Shown here: positions 18,977 through 30,947 of the stretch, piece by piece
Numbering within the stretch: position 1 is the first letter of the stretch
Layout: the number at the start of each line of letters is the position of its first letter
Origin: Escherichia phage LAMP
DNA: 64,000 nucleotides
Sequence record: MG673519.1
Strand: one strand, 5' to 3'
Notes under the pieces: generated by a model
The model's database searches: none
Seen by the model: only the letters and a program-made list of their open reading frames with translations
What the model was told of the DNA's origin: nothing
Position numbers and translations under genes: made by a program

Positions 18977-19945
18977 ATGGCACTTTTCGGAGGCGGGGGT
19001 AGTAAAACTACTTCCCAAATGATTCGCCCTGAATATATTCAACAGTATATTGACCAGCTTAACCAGCAGATTGGTAATACTAGTTCAGGGGATTATGTCT
19101 ATCGTGACAACGTAGGATTTAATAACAACCAGACAGAGGCACTTAATAACTTAGCTCAATCTGGTGCTCTAGGGACTCTCTCACAACAATATATGGATGC
19201 AGCAGGTCAGGGATTGGGTTATCTCGATAACGCCTATAAAGGTTATCAGAGCCTCTCTGGACAAGGCGGGATTACTGGAGAGCAGATTGGTGCTCTTGCT
19301 GGTCAACTGTATGACGACGATGCTGTTCAGGCAGCTATTACAGCTAATAATGAGCAGGTTCAACAGAACTTGGCACGTAACGCTCTTCCTCAGTTAGCTC
19401 AACAGTTTGCTGGTCAACAAGGTTCAGGTGCTCGTATGGCTAAATCTTTTGCTCAAGGCGATGCTCTGAATCAGATGCAAGGACAAGCAACAGATATTAC
19501 CAACAGTGCCTATAATTCGGCTATCAGTCAAGCTGAAAGCATTCTCTCTGGTAATAGACAGAATCAGGCAGCTGCTCTCTCAGGTCTTTCCAATATTGGT
19601 TCTAACCTTTCTAACTTAGGTCAGCAAGGTGCTAATTTGTCTCAACAGCAAATGTTGAATCAATGGAATGCAGGGTTGCAGCAACAACAGCAACAACAGA
19701 ATGAATATGATAATGCCTACCAGAATGCCCAGAATGCAGCTAACTGGGGATGGCAGGATATCAATAACCAACTCGGTGCAGCAGGTGTACTTAACGGCGC
19801 TCTTGGACAAACTACAACTACCAAAACATCTGGTGGTGGCGGTGGCTTCTTAGGTGGAGCTATGAGTGGTGCAGCGGCAGGTTCTTCCTTTGGACCTTGG
19901 GGTGCATTGGCAGGGGGCGTAATCGGTGGGTTGGCTAGTAATTAA
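18977..19945 (+). CDS. internal virion protein, Gln/Asn/Gly-rich
   Basis: 322-aa ORF with strong RBS; compositionally similar to preceding gene. Confidence 0.4.
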   Translation: MALFGGGGSKTTSQMIRPEYIQQYIDQLNQQIGNTSSGDYVYRDNVGFNNNQTEALNNLAQSGALGTLSQQYMDAAGQGLGYLDNAYKGYQSLSGQGGITGEQIGALAGQLYDDDAVQAAITANNEQVQQNLARNALPQLAQQFAGQQGSGARMAKSFAQGDALNQMQGQATDITNSAYNSAISQAESILSGNRQNQAAALSGLSNIGSNLSNLGQQGANLSQQQMLNQWNAGLQQQQQQQNEYDNAYQNAQNAANWGWQDINNQLGAAGVLNGALGQTTTTKTSGGGGGFLGGAMSGAAAGSSFGPWGALAGGVIGGLASN

Positions 19946-19958
19946 TTAGGAGACAAAT

Positions 19959-21614
19959 ATGCAACAGACAACTTACGCTCAGGTCAGAAGTCGTGACCCG
20001 AGAAATACTTTCTATGGTGTTAATCCGGGAGCGGCTTCGGCCTCTCCTTATATGGCTAGACCTATTCAGACAGCAGATGTTTCTATGTACCGACGTCCTT
20101 CTGTACCTCCATCTCTCGCAGGTCTTATCTCTCAGGCAGAAGAAGATCAGAATGCTATGGTGAATCCGGGATTCCAGCAACGTCTTATGGAACAACAGAA
20201 TCGAGGAACCCCAACAAGTCTTCAGGGTATTGATATTGGAGCACCAGCCCCTGTAGCAGCTAATCCTGATTTATCCACTGATCAGGGTTTACAAGACGCT
20301 GGACTTATGCCTAGCGACCCTCTTCCGGTAACGCCTCCTACTAAACCGCTAGAAGATGGCCCTATGGAGTTTACTCCTTCTCAAGTGGAACAGGCACAAG
20401 GTGTTGTTACTACTCTTGCTCAAGGTCAGGACACTGGAGACGGAATGGCTGGGGCTACTCGTATTAAAGATCAGGAACGTGTTAATAATGATATCATGCA
20501 AATTGCTAAAGCTAAAGACCCTTCCGAAGCTTGGAATAAACTACAGAAAGAACCTTTCTATCAGAACTCCAGTTTCTATACAGGTTTGATGGGTGTAGGT
20601 CTTTCTATCATGTCAGGTAAATCTCCTATCGAAGCATTCCAAATTGGTCAGGGAATGGCTAATCAAGATGAGACTAAGAAGCAACTAGAAGCTAACCGTG
20701 ATGCTCTGATTGAACAAGGTTTCTCTCAAGATTCAATTGCAGCTGCTATTGCTAACGGAGATCCATCTCTTCTGAAGATGAAAACTATAGACCCTGCTCA
20801 AAAAGAAGCATGGTATGAGGAGCGTGAAAGACGTCAGAATGCGGAGTGGGATAGACGTCAACAGATTCAAGAGAAATCTATGCGTGAGCGTGCTGAGGAA
20901 ACTCGTCGTGCTGCTGAAGAGAGGACTAACATGAACCTTGAACGTCAGAAAAAGTTGATTGACTATCGTGATAAGGTTAAGGCTGAACGTGCCGAACAAG
21001 CTGCTCAGAGTTTTAACTTCTCCCCTAAAGAGACTCGTAACGCTCAGAATACAGCTGAAGGTAAAGTTGCCACTCAGTGGGCAGAGAAAGGTGGCCTGTT
21101 TAACCAATCCAATAAAGACTTGGACTTGGCTGATAAAGCTATTAAGGACAAGGATTACCAGACGGCCCGTTCTGCTTACATGCAGGCTATCATGAACTCC
21201 GCAAGGGCTGAAATCGGTTCTACTCGTTCTCTTACTGAAGAAGACTTGGGACATTTTGCAGAAGATCCATCAATCTTCATCCGTGTAGGTAACAAGTTCG
21301 CTCTGAAGTCGGGATGGCGTCCTACTGATTCTGCTCTTGCTTATGCTCGTAAACAAGCGAACGTCGGTTACACCTCTGCTATGAAGGGTGTTGCTGATGC
21401 TAAGAAAGCTGTTATCGAAGCGTACATCGGCTCTAAGATGGATAAGAAGAGAGCTACTGCATTGGTTAACCGTGCAATCCCTTCTGGCGGTTTCTATGAT
21501 CCTCTCGGTGTTTTCTCTGAGGAAGCAGAAGAGGCAGTTGGTGGTGCAGCAACCAATCCTAAACTGAATGGTGCTTTATCTGGTTCTTCAGATACTAGCT
21601 GGTTCACTGAGTAA
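19959..21614 (+). CDS. internal virion protein with a hydrophobic segment
   Basis: 551-aa ORF with strong RBS; putative membrane-spanning stretch FYTGLMGVGLSIMSG. Confidence 0.4.
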   Translation: MQQTTYAQVRSRDPRNTFYGVNPGAASASPYMARPIQTADVSMYRRPSVPPSLAGLISQAEEDQNAMVNPGFQQRLMEQQNRGTPTSLQGIDIGAPAPVAANPDLSTDQGLQDAGLMPSDPLPVTPPTKPLEDGPMEFTPSQVEQAQGVVTTLAQGQDTGDGMAGATRIKDQERVNNDIMQIAKAKDPSEAWNKLQKEPFYQNSSFYTGLMGVGLSIMSGKSPIEAFQIGQGMANQDETKKQLEANRDALIEQGFSQDSIAAAIANGDPSLLKMKTIDPAQKEAWYEERERRQNAEWDRRQQIQEKSMRERAEETRRAAEERTNMNLERQKKLIDYRDKVKAERAEQAAQSFNFSPKETRNAQNTAEGKVATQWAEKGGLFNQSNKDLDLADKAIKDKDYQTARSAYMQAIMNSARAEIGSTRSLTEEDLGHFAEDPSIFIRVGNKFALKSGWRPTDSALAYARKQANVGYTSAMKGVADAKKAVIEAYIGSKMDKKRATALVNRAIPSGGFYDPLGVFSEEAEEAVGGAATNPKLNGALSGSSDTSWFTE

Positions 21615-21635
21615 GACCTAAGTCCTGCCTTCCAT

Positions 21636-21644
21636 AATGTATAT
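21636..21644 (+). promoter_or_regulatory. TAATGTATA motif, candidate phage-specific promoter element
   Basis: Exact 9-mer 38 nt upstream of the ATG at 21682. Confidence 0.45.
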
Positions 21645-21681
21645 AGGAGGTAGGACATTTTTATTTATAAAAGGAGACGTT

Positions 21682-24600
21682 ATGGCTAACATTAAACCGT
21701 GGGAAGAAGCTTCCAAAGCTCCTGCGTATCTGAATGCCTCTCCGGAGCAACAGGCTCAAATGAGAGAACAATATAAGGCAGCAGGTGGCTTTATTCCTGA
21801 GGAACAACCAGTAGCACAACCACAACAAGAAGAACGTGGTGTTATAGGTGAGTTTGCTCAAGGTGTGTCAAATGCTCTTCAATCTGGTGGTGCAAACATT
21901 GCAGCTAGTGCTGCTAAAGGTATTGGTGGTTTAGTTGAGATTGGTGAAGATCTAATTGGAGCACAAACTAGTTATGGTAAGCGTATCCAAGAGAACTCTC
22001 AGAACCTTCTGAAAGAACGTATGGATAAGATTGAGGATGGGATTGGTAAAACTGCTGGTCAGTATGCTGGCGTTGTTGGTGATATTGGTTTGACAGTTAC
22101 TAACCCGTTAGCTGCCGCTGCTATCATCGCAGGTCGTGAGACAGGTCGTGCATATGCAGACCAAACCCCTAAAGAGGGAGAAGACAAGTCTGTTCTGGAT
22201 GCAGCCTTAGTTGGTGGTGCTAACTATGCAGCTCAGAGAATCCTTCCGGGTGCTGTTGGTACAGCTGAATCTACACTTGGTCGTATCGGTCAGAACATTG
22301 CTAGTAACGCAGTGGCTGGTGCTAAAGGTGGTGCTCTTGTAGGTGCTGCTGAAGCTCAGAACAAACATGGTGATGACACAACCTTTGCTAATGTCTTAGA
22401 AGGCGCTATTGAAGAAGGTGCTATTGGTGCTGCATTCGGTGGTGCAGTTGGTGGCGTTCATGGCTTAATTAGCCGTCCAGATTCTGCTGTCTTCAAGAAT
22501 ACTCCAGAATATGCAAAGACTGACATTGCTGCTGACGATGAGCTGATTCGTAGTGCTAAGACTGTTGATGAACTGAAAGAAGCCTACTCTAAAGCTGAAA
22601 CTGCTAACGCCGCTTCCGCTCTTAATCTTCTGGATGAGAATGGATTCCGTATTACTGATGCTGTTGCTTTAGATTCTCCTGCTGCTCAGCGTATTCTTAA
22701 TACAGACCAAGCCAGTGCTGAGAAAGCTGCTTCTGCTCAGAAAGAGCATTCTAACATTCCGGGCCTCAATCCTTTGGCTCCTCCTGCTAAGACTCGTGGT
22801 AAAGCATTCGCTGATAACGAGCACAACCAGAAGAAAGCTGTCGCTATGAAAGATGCAATGGCTGACTACACCAAGGATAACACGAAAGCTCTTACAGATG
22901 TTCTAGATAACCTAGACCGTGAATTAACTGCTTACCGAGCTGCTGATGATTTTACTGGCAATCCACTTGATGTCAAGAATCGCACACAAGCTGACCGTGA
23001 CTTCGTTGATGCTTATAAGACTTTCTATAATGAAGCAAATCGATTCAAAGCTCGTGATGGTGAAGACTTTAACAACTTTGTAGAGAAAGCTACTGAGCTA
23101 CGGAAGATGGCTGATAACGTTTCTCCAGAGATGAAGAAAGCTATTAGTGGGTTGAAGAAACTGAAAGGTATGCCTGAAGGTTTTAACCCTATTCAAGATG
23201 CTTATACTCTGAACAATGCAGCTAAGTTCATGAGCAACCAAGACCGTGGTTGGACTTCCCTGACCGATGATGGATTCCGTGAGGCTTCTTCTCCTAGTCT
23301 GGTTATGAACACACTCGGTGCTGCTAAGTATGCTCTGAATCGCTTCTCTTCTCAGCGTGCTCGCTCTCAACGTGTTAAGCAACAAGAAGCTAACAGCGAA
23401 GCTATCCGCTCTCTGGCTCGTGGTGATTTGGAAGTTGCTCGTGCTAAATCTACTGCTGATGAAGCTCGTGCTAAAATGGAAGAAGAACCAGTTGTTGATG
23501 ACATTAAATTTAAGACGCAAAATGACGTGGAAACCGAACCGGTTCGGGAGCCTTCTTCTAGTACTGTGACGGAAGAAAATCTTCCTTCTTCCACTCCTCA
23601 AGAAGCCCCTCTTACAGCTCGCGATTTAGTTGCTCAAAGACGTGCAGTTAAGCAGGCAGAACAGCGTCGTGCTCAAGAAGAGGCCGCACAGGCTCCAGAA
23701 CCCACTGTAGAGGAACCAACAGTCAAAGCCGAGCCATTACCTGCCCGTGCTCCTAAAGCTCCTAAGGAGTCTATACAGGACGTTAAACCGGCAAGTGGTG
23801 TAGAACGTTTAGCTGCCATGTCTAGTGCTGCTCGTCAGGCTACTATAGATCGTGCAGAACGTTTTGCTCGTTCTCTGTACTCTCAGACTGCTAAGGCTAA
23901 GGCCACTGCTGAAAACTTCTTGGCTTACAAGGGAAGTTATAGGGAGTTGATGCGTCGGATTCGTCAGGAAGATAATGCTATCAACACTGAGCGTCATGAA
24001 GAGATGGCTCGTAATCAGCTAGCTTCTCAGCAAGGTATTGCTACTGCTAAGAACAACACTGTACGAACTAACTTTGCTGAATGGGTTAAGGAACGTGGTC
24101 TGCCAGAAGACATTGCTACTAAGGCATTACGTGCTGAAGAGAAGGGTTTAGGTGGGAACGTGACTAACTTAGATAGTCTGAAACGTCGTGCTGAAAGGTT
24201 GTATCAGAAGCAGCGTGAGGACGAGTTTGACAGACTGTATCAACAGGCTCTGGAAGAGAATAAAGCTTTTGATAAGAAGAATGCTCCTAAACTGGCTGAC
24301 CAGAAGAAAGAGCTTCAATCTGAGATTGACACTTTGATTGATTCAGAACCTTTACGTCCTGCTCAGAAAGATGCTATGCGTAAACTGATGAATGACTTTG
24401 TAGATGAGAAGTTTAAATCTTCAGAGAAGGCTGGTAGGGAAGAAGCTTTGGAAGTAGGTCAGATGAAGGATATTTGGGATGGGTTTATTAACACCTATAA
24501 CAGAGAAGTGAATGCCTTCAACAAAGCTAACAAGAACTCTCAGTATGAGGCTGCTGCTAAACACTTGCAGGCTCGTGAGGAGCGTCTTATCTCTTTACGT

Positions 24601-25989
24601 AACAGAGCAGAAGCTCGTGCTCAAGCGAAAGCTACAGCAGAAGCTGAACGTAAGTTACTCGAAGCTATTGCTGGTCAGAAGACTGAGATAGAGAAGATGT
24701 TTGATGAGTTACCTAAACCTGTCCGCGAGGCTCAGGAAAGCCGTACTCTGAAACAGCTTGCAGCTCACCATGATAAGAACTCCCCTGTTCCTCCAGAACG
24801 TTTCCGTAGTATTATCGAACGTATCCACAACGCCGAGTCAGATTACCTTGATCGTCAGCGTCGTTTAACTGATGCAGAAGAAGATGCTCGTCAGGCTAAG
24901 TGGAACAAAATGTATGAGCAAGCGGAAGAGATGGACCGTAAGTTTGAGATAGACAAAAGGGTTAAGCGCAGTGAAGAGCTTAAAGCGGCTCAGAAGCGTG
25001 AGAATGACCTTATGGCGGTACAACGTCAACGTGACGACATCCATCGTCGCCTGATGCATACTTTGGAGGATAGGGGCATATCTAAAGAGGATGCTGAAGC
25101 ATTTGCTGGTTCCTACATGGATAACCGTTATGCACTTCTTGATAAGCCTATGACTCCTACTGAACATCAGAATGCTCGTTCTCGTATTGAGGCTGATGTT
25201 GAGAAGTTTGCTAAGAAGTACGAATCAATGACTCCTATTGAGAAAGAGATTGTTAAGGTTACTGGAGATACTGAAGGTAAGCTTGATAACTTGGATTCGG
25301 ATACTAGGAAGGCTATTGAGGAGGCTCGGAAGGTAGACTCTGATATTAAGAAACTGCAAGAGGAAGAGATGGAGATGGAGAAGATTCGTTCTGCTCTGCC
25401 TGATGATGAAAGATCTCAAGCAAATTCTGATATCTTGGAAAGCATTAAACAGCAGGAAGAAGCCTTTGCTGATAAAGCAGAGAAAGCTTTCTTGAATGGG
25501 AAGAGCTTGGATGAGTTGGCTAGTGTGGCTGAAGTTTTAGACAGGGTTCATGGTGCAGACAAGGCTGGTAACAACCGTCGCTTTGTACGTGCATTGCAGA
25601 CTGCTGCTGAAAACAAGAAGAAGTATGGTGATAATCCGGTAGCTTGGTTTAGTGCTGATGATTATTCTGCTATTGCTAAACTTGGTGCTTCTTCCGCAGG
25701 TGGTAACAAATCTAGAGCACTGGAGAAAATCTTTGGTTCTACAGCTGAACAAGCTAAGAGTAAGTTGCTTGGCAGGGATGATGTAGCGAAGATGAGACGT
25801 GTAATTGAAGAGAACCCTGATATTAAGATTCCTTCTTACAAGACAACGAATCGTACTGAGTACTTGCAGTTCTTGGAGAAGTTTAATGACGAAGGGAAGC
25901 CGAAGATTAAACGTGGCTCATTGTCAGAGAAGCTTGAACGCAGTAAGCGTCAATCGAGACTCCGTGTAAGAGTTCGATCTAAGGAGTGA
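21682..25989 (+). CDS. large internal virion (ejection-type) protein
   Basis: About 1435 aa from the ATG at 21682 preceded by aaggag; Ala/Glu/Lys-rich with long helical regions; last gene of the structural block. Confidence 0.5.
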   Translation: MANIKPWEEASKAPAYLNASPEQQAQMREQYKAAGGFIPEEQPVAQPQQEERGVIGEFAQGVSNALQSGGANIAASAAKGIGGLVEIGEDLIGAQTSYGKRIQENSQNLLKERMDKIEDGIGKTAGQYAGVVGDIGLTVTNPLAAAAIIAGRETGRAYADQTPKEGEDKSVLDAALVGGANYAAQRILPGAVGTAESTLGRIGQNIASNAVAGAKGGALVGAAEAQNKHGDDTTFANVLEGAIEEGAIGAAFGGAVGGVHGLISRPDSAVFKNTPEYAKTDIAADDELIRSAKTVDELKEAYSKAETANAASALNLLDENGFRITDAVALDSPAAQRILNTDQASAEKAASAQKEHSNIPGLNPLAPPAKTRGKAFADNEHNQKKAVAMKDAMADYTKDNTKALTDVLDNLDRELTAYRAADDFTGNPLDVKNRTQADRDFVDAYKTFYNEANRFKARDGEDFNNFVEKATELRKMADNVSPEMKKAISGLKKLKGMPEGFNPIQDAYTLNNAAKFMSNQDRGWTSLTDDGFREASSPSLVMNTLGAAKYALNRFSSQRARSQRVKQQEANSEAIRSLARGDLEVARAKSTADEARAKMEEEPVVDDIKFKTQNDVETEPVREPSSSTVTEENLPSSTPQEAPLTARDLVAQRRAVKQAEQRRAQEEAAQAPEPTVEEPTVKAEPLPARAPKAPKESIQDVKPASGVERLAAMSSAARQATIDRAERFARSLYSQTAKAKATAENFLAYKGSYRELMRRIRQEDNAINTERHEEMARNQLASQQGIATAKNNTVRTNFAEWVKERGLPEDIATKALRAEEKGLGGNVTNLDSLKRRAERLYQKQREDEFDRLYQQALEENKAFDKKNAPKLADQKKELQSEIDTLIDSEPLRPAQKDAMRKLMNDFVDEKFKSSEKAGREEALEVGQMKDIWDGFINTYNREVNAFNKANKNSQYEAAAKHLQAREERLISLRNRAEARAQAKATAEAERKLLEAIAGQKTEIEKMFDELPKPVREAQESRTLKQLAAHHDKNSPVPPERFRSIIERIHNAESDYLDRQRRLTDAEEDARQAKWNKMYEQAEEMDRKFEIDKRVKRSEELKAAQKRENDLMAVQRQRDDIHRRLMHTLEDRGISKEDAEAFAGSYMDNRYALLDKPMTPTEHQNARSRIEADVEKFAKKYESMTPIEKEIVKVTGDTEGKLDNLDSDTRKAIEEARKVDSDIKKLQEEEMEMEKIRSALPDDERSQANSDILESIKQQEEAFADKAEKAFLNGKSLDELASVAEVLDRVHGADKAGNNRRFVRALQTAAENKKKYGDNPVAWFSADDYSAIAKLGASSAGGNKSRALEKIFGSTAEQAKSKLLGRDDVAKMRRVIEENPDIKIPSYKTTNRTEYLQFLEKFNDEGKPKIKRGSLSEKLERSKRQSRLRVRVRSKE

Positions 25990-25996
25990 TAAAAGA

Positions 25997-26036
25997 AAAG
26001 CCCTCAAGGAGAAAATCTCTTTGAGGGCTTTATTTG
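25997..26036. terminator. bidirectional terminator between convergent transcription units
   Basis: agccctcaa / ttgagggct inverted repeat flanked by A-run on one side and T-run on the other. Confidence 0.7.
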
Positions 26037-26209
26037 TTTCTAGAGGTTATTGATGAAATTAATCAGACGTTCTTCACTATCATCAAAAGCTTTTCCAGCT
26101 GCTTCCATGTCCCAAGTATTGGCATTGTCAATAAAGCTCTGAGCTTCTAATAGATCGTGGATTAAGTCGAAGAGTTTATTTTTATCTGATTGTGTGATCA
26201 TGTAAGTTC

Positions 26210-26470
26210 CTAGATTAAATCGTAATATTGAATAATGTCAGAGAGTTTGAACTCTCGAATCTCGTCTTTCTCTACATCTATCGCTGTCATAATCCAACAA
26301 GGTTTGCCACCGTTATGAAAACGGGAGCTAGCAACGGAGGTTCGGAGTGGAATAACGGACCGGTCAGCAACCTCGCCTCTCCAATTGCGATAGCGAAAGC
26401 GAAGCACTTGTTGCGTAGATTTTTGATCATCGCTCATTTCCTTTTTTGAATTGTTTTCTTGCATCATTCT
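26210..26470 (-). CDS. hypothetical protein
   Basis: Distal part of ORF 26210-26578; likely start at internal Met so as not to overlap the HNH gene extensively. Confidence 0.35.
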   Translation of the reverse strand, partial: RMMQENNSKKEMSDDQKSTQQVLRFRYRNWRGEVADRSVIPLRTSVASSRFHNGGKPCWIMTAIDVEKDEIREFKLSDIIQYYDLI

Positions 26471-26831
26471 CTTCTTTTGTTTTAATCTTATGACAAGGAT
26501 CTTTACACAGAACCTGAAAACCTTCTTTCTCACACAGAGCACGAGAGATGATTTCATCCCAAGTAGCTTCATGGTCAAGAGGTACTATAGGCTCTATGTG
26601 GTCAATAGCCATATCCTTTACAGGGTGGTCAGAACCACACATGGCACACTTAAAGTGCATTGCCAGTCTACCTGTCTTTGGATTAATCTTCTGTTCTGTC
26701 TTGGCTTCTGCTAGTGCATCGAACATGGGCTTCCACTTTCTAGTCAGAGAACGAATCCCTGACTTGATGAAAGAGTTGTAACGAGCTTCAGTCCAAGTTC
26801 CACTACATCGTGTCTTCTCAGACTTCGCCAT
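26427..26831 (-). CDS. HNH endonuclease
   Basis: CxxC pair, AIDHIEPI and a downstream Cys/His pair. Confidence 0.65.
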   Translation of the reverse strand: MAKSEKTRCSGTWTEARYNSFIKSGIRSLTRKWKPMFDALAEAKTEQKINPKTGRLAMHFKCAMCGSDHPVKDMAIDHIEPIVPLDHEATWDEIISRALCEKEGFQVLCKDPCHKIKTKEENDARKQFKKGNER

Positions 26832-27010
26832 AATCAGCTTCTTCCCAAACTCGTTTGTTTACACGATGACTCACTTTGCCCTCACGAGGAATACGACCTG
26901 TCCGCTGATCAAACAGTTGATGTTTAATCTTTTGATCTTTACGAGATTCACGATTGGAGGAGTTTTCATCATATGAACGATAATCAAATTTACCCATTAT
27001 AATATCCTTA

Positions 27011-27829
27011 TTACCAAGATTTATCTAACCATGTCCAGTCGAACAGGTCTTCCGGAGCCTGACCAACAAAGAGAAGCCGAGCATTCTCAAGCATTTTCTC
27101 TTCATCTTCAGTATCGAACTTCTTATAATATTCCATTCGTACTATATGATACATGGTCCACTTATCTGTAACCCCAGCCAACAACTTAGCTGCTGCTTTC
27201 TTCCCTATTCCTTGACGTCGAAGCTGAAGCTTACCGCCCCACATAACTTCTTTACGTTCTCCACATCCGGGGATATTATCTGTACCATCTCCAATCAACA
27301 TCTGATAGAAGAAGTTTTGCCATGAAACTAAATCAGATACATAGTGAGGAGGAACTTCTTTCTGTCTTTCTCCACAAGCCCAACGGTAGTGCCATCCGGG
27401 AGTTATCAACAAATCCTTGTCTCTAGTACAGATGATAGTGTTTTTATCCCTACGTTGCCTTTCAGCTAGTGCATCATCAGCCTCTCTCCCAAATACATCT
27501 ATGTATTCATATTTACCTTTAATGTAATCACCGACATTTTGCCAGTGAAAAGGTCTTTCTCCGGGAGGTCTATTTGCTTTGTAGTCTTGCTGCTTAGCAA
27601 CATCGAAACGGAAGTTACCGCCTTCGCTGAAGTAGAACACAACCTTACTGCAACCTGAGCGAGCAATGATAGTATCTATCTTGTACTGAAGTCGTTCAAT
27701 CATGAAATTATAATCAACTGGAACACGTCCTGTGTCAAGAAAGGGATGCTCCTGAGTAAGAGCACCCACTTCATATCGAAGAACGTCAGCATCCACTATA
27801 GCTACTTCAGGGAGCTTAACGTCTTCCAT
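27011..27829 (-). CDS. 5'-3' exonuclease (T7 gp6-like, FEN family)
   Basis: YKANRP, ICTRDKDLLITP and LIGDGTDNIPGCG motifs parallel those of T7 gene 6 exonuclease. Confidence 0.8.
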   Translation of the reverse strand: MEDVKLPEVAIVDADVLRYEVGALTQEHPFLDTGRVPVDYNFMIERLQYKIDTIIARSGCSKVVFYFSEGGNFRFDVAKQQDYKANRPPGERPFHWQNVGDYIKGKYEYIDVFGREADDALAERQRRDKNTIICTRDKDLLITPGWHYRWACGERQKEVPPHYVSDLVSWQNFFYQMLIGDGTDNIPGCGERKEVMWGGKLQLRRQGIGKKAAAKLLAGVTDKWTMYHIVRMEYYKKFDTEDEEKMLENARLLFVGQAPEDLFDWTWLDKSW

Positions 27830-27830
27830 A

Positions 27831-29001
<1,171 letters not shown>

Positions 29002-29248
29002 AATGCATCTCTTTATAAATAGTTTCCGTGTTCTTCTTCCAGTTAGATAAACCGGTAAGAACCCTCTGAGCAACTTCATCAGCTGCCTTGCTTCTTTCAA
29101 TCTCTAACTCTTGTTGATGCTTTTCTTTATCCAGATTGTTACTATCTGTTCTGTACTCATTAAACTTCATTCCGCCAAAGAACACCAGAGCAGAGAAGAT
29201 AACAAATCCTAGATTATCACTTAAAGTGCTTTGCATATTGACCCCAAC

Positions 29249-29273
29249 GAAAAAAGCCACCCGAAGGTGGCTA
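29249..29273 (-). terminator. rho-independent terminator after SSB-like gene
   Basis: agccacc-ttcg-ggtggct hairpin followed by TTTTTT on the minus strand. Confidence 0.7.
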
Positions 29274-29293
29274 AGCTATAACAAGGAGAGTTA

Positions 29294-30040
29294 TCAGAAA
29301 GGCGAATCGTTATCGTCTTCATAAGTAGAAGCAGGTTCTTTATCAATCGTAGGGATCGAAGGGGTAGCTTCTTTCTGTTCTGTTTCAGAAGCACGAGTAA
29401 TTTCACGACCAGCCAGAGGTATGTTCTTAGCGTCATTAGCTTGAGTAAGCAGGTTGCGCTGGAACGGGAACATCAGTTGATAAGATGCTACGTTCTCATC
29501 GGTTTCGGCATACGGTTCGAAGAATACCAGAGGACTACGAGCTTCACCAACTGCTGCACGATATTTGGTTGGGATTGGAGAAATGGTTTTGATGGAGTTT
29601 TTAACTTCACCAGCTTTGTTAGTGTAGGAGTTAACCAGAATGTTAACAGGCTGACCTAACAGCACATCCTTAAACCAAGACAGATCACCTTTCAGTGCTT
29701 GAATGCTTGGGTCAATCATCTTGCAAAGATCAAGGATACCAGAGTTCTTAGCTCGTGGGTTTACATCATAACTCTTGAACTGGCAAGCAGGACGTGGTTC
29801 TAATGCCTTACCATCGGAATCTTTACCCGTAGCATCAACACCAATCAGCTCGAAAGCCAAATCCATACGGAAAGCTGGATTCTTAGGAGTTACTGCTTTG
29901 GTCTTCGGGTCAATCCAAGGGTCACGATTGTGAACACCCAAACCTACTACACGAACAATACGTGCTTCGTATTCACCATCAGGGATTACATCGTAGTTGG
30001 ATTTACGAGAAGAAGTTGCGATAGTTGGAATCATAGACAT
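29294..30040 (-). CDS. putative single-stranded DNA-binding protein
   Basis: First gene after a promoter-containing intergenic region; acidic C-terminal tail YEDDNDSPF resembling the SSB C-terminal D-D-D-I-P-F tail. Confidence 0.5.
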   Translation of the reverse strand: MSMIPTIATSSRKSNYDVIPDGEYEARIVRVVGLGVHNRDPWIDPKTKAVTPKNPAFRMDLAFELIGVDATGKDSDGKALEPRPACQFKSYDVNPRAKNSGILDLCKMIDPSIQALKGDLSWFKDVLLGQPVNILVNSYTNKAGEVKNSIKTISPIPTKYRAAVGEARSPLVFFEPYAETDENVASYQLMFPFQRNLLTQANDAKNIPLAGREITRASETEQKEATPSIPTIDKEPASTYEDDNDSPF

Positions 30041-30099
30041 ATTTTAATTTCCTTATTTAATTTGAAAGATTGTTGCTCTCTTTGAGCGGTTATGTATAG

Positions 30100-30108
30100 T
30101 ATACATTA
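30100..30108 (-). promoter_or_regulatory. TAATGTATA motif (minus strand), candidate promoter
   Basis: Reverse complement of 9-mer, about 60 nt upstream of the SSB-like gene start. Confidence 0.45.
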
Positions 30109-30171
30109 CGCTTATACCGATAAGAGTACTATATAATATAAGTATCTTTGGTAGTAGATATAACACACTAG

Positions 30172-30180
30172 TAATGTATA
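30172..30180 (+). promoter_or_regulatory. TAATGTATA motif on plus strand within a minus-strand gene block
   Basis: Exact 9-mer; no plus-strand gene downstream. Confidence 0.3.
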
Positions 30181-30461
30181 TATTGTATAGCTAATAAAGT
30201 TATTGCAGGCTTGTACATTGGGCAATTCATAGAATCCCTTGCAAGTACCGAAGGGCAGGAGCCACCTGCGAGATAAAAATAGAGAATTAAGGAATCCTTG
30301 ATTTAGGTTGTAGGGACTCCTAGGGACTTTGATTCTCTATTTAAAAGAATAAATAATTACTATATCTAATACTAAACAGACTGAAACAAAGATAAGAAAC
30401 TTCTTATAAATACTCATTACTTATCATCTAAATAGTTAACTAATCTCTGATATAAAGAAGT

Positions 30462-30650
30462 TTAAATCAAGCATCCATCACAAACATAGTCTCCACTAAG
30501 AGACTCTTGTAACAAACGATTTTGTTCCTCTGAATATAGAGAATTTACTAATTCTTTTAACTCTGAAAGAGTGATGAAATCAATAGTATTTCCATTATCT
30601 AAAATAGAAGAGTTAAGTAAATATTCATTGTCTTTAATTTTATTAATCAT
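30462..30650 (-). CDS. hypothetical protein
   Basis: 62-aa ORF, start overlaps stop of an upstream 45-aa ORF. Confidence 0.35.
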   Translation of the reverse strand: MINKIKDNEYLLNSSILDNGNTIDFITLSELKELVNSLYSEEQNRLLQESLSGDYVCDGCLI

Positions 30651-30947
30651 TCTTCATTTCCTTTTACTTCAGCGTAGACTTTGATAACGCCCTTAAGAAC
30701 TTCCTTAGAAGCAATAGCACTTTCTTCAGAGGTGTGAATAGTAGAAAACTCTTTCTTTCCAATCTTGTAAGTGTGAACCCAAATCATACTTATTCCTCGT
30801 ATTCCCAATTTCTTTCATAATATCCAGAGTTATAATTTAGAGCGCATCTCTCAGCCTCTTCTATGTCATCAGTGTTTAGGATATTTACCCACCCACCAAC
30901 TTCATCAAAACCTTCTTCTACTTCATTAAACCATACACTATACTTTT

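Noticed and set aside
20733-25752. Antisense ORFs inside the internal virion protein genes (for example 20733-21254, 23098-23601, 24865-25167)
   Set aside because: Embedded in long, RBS-supported plus-strand genes on the opposite strand; typical spurious ORFs.
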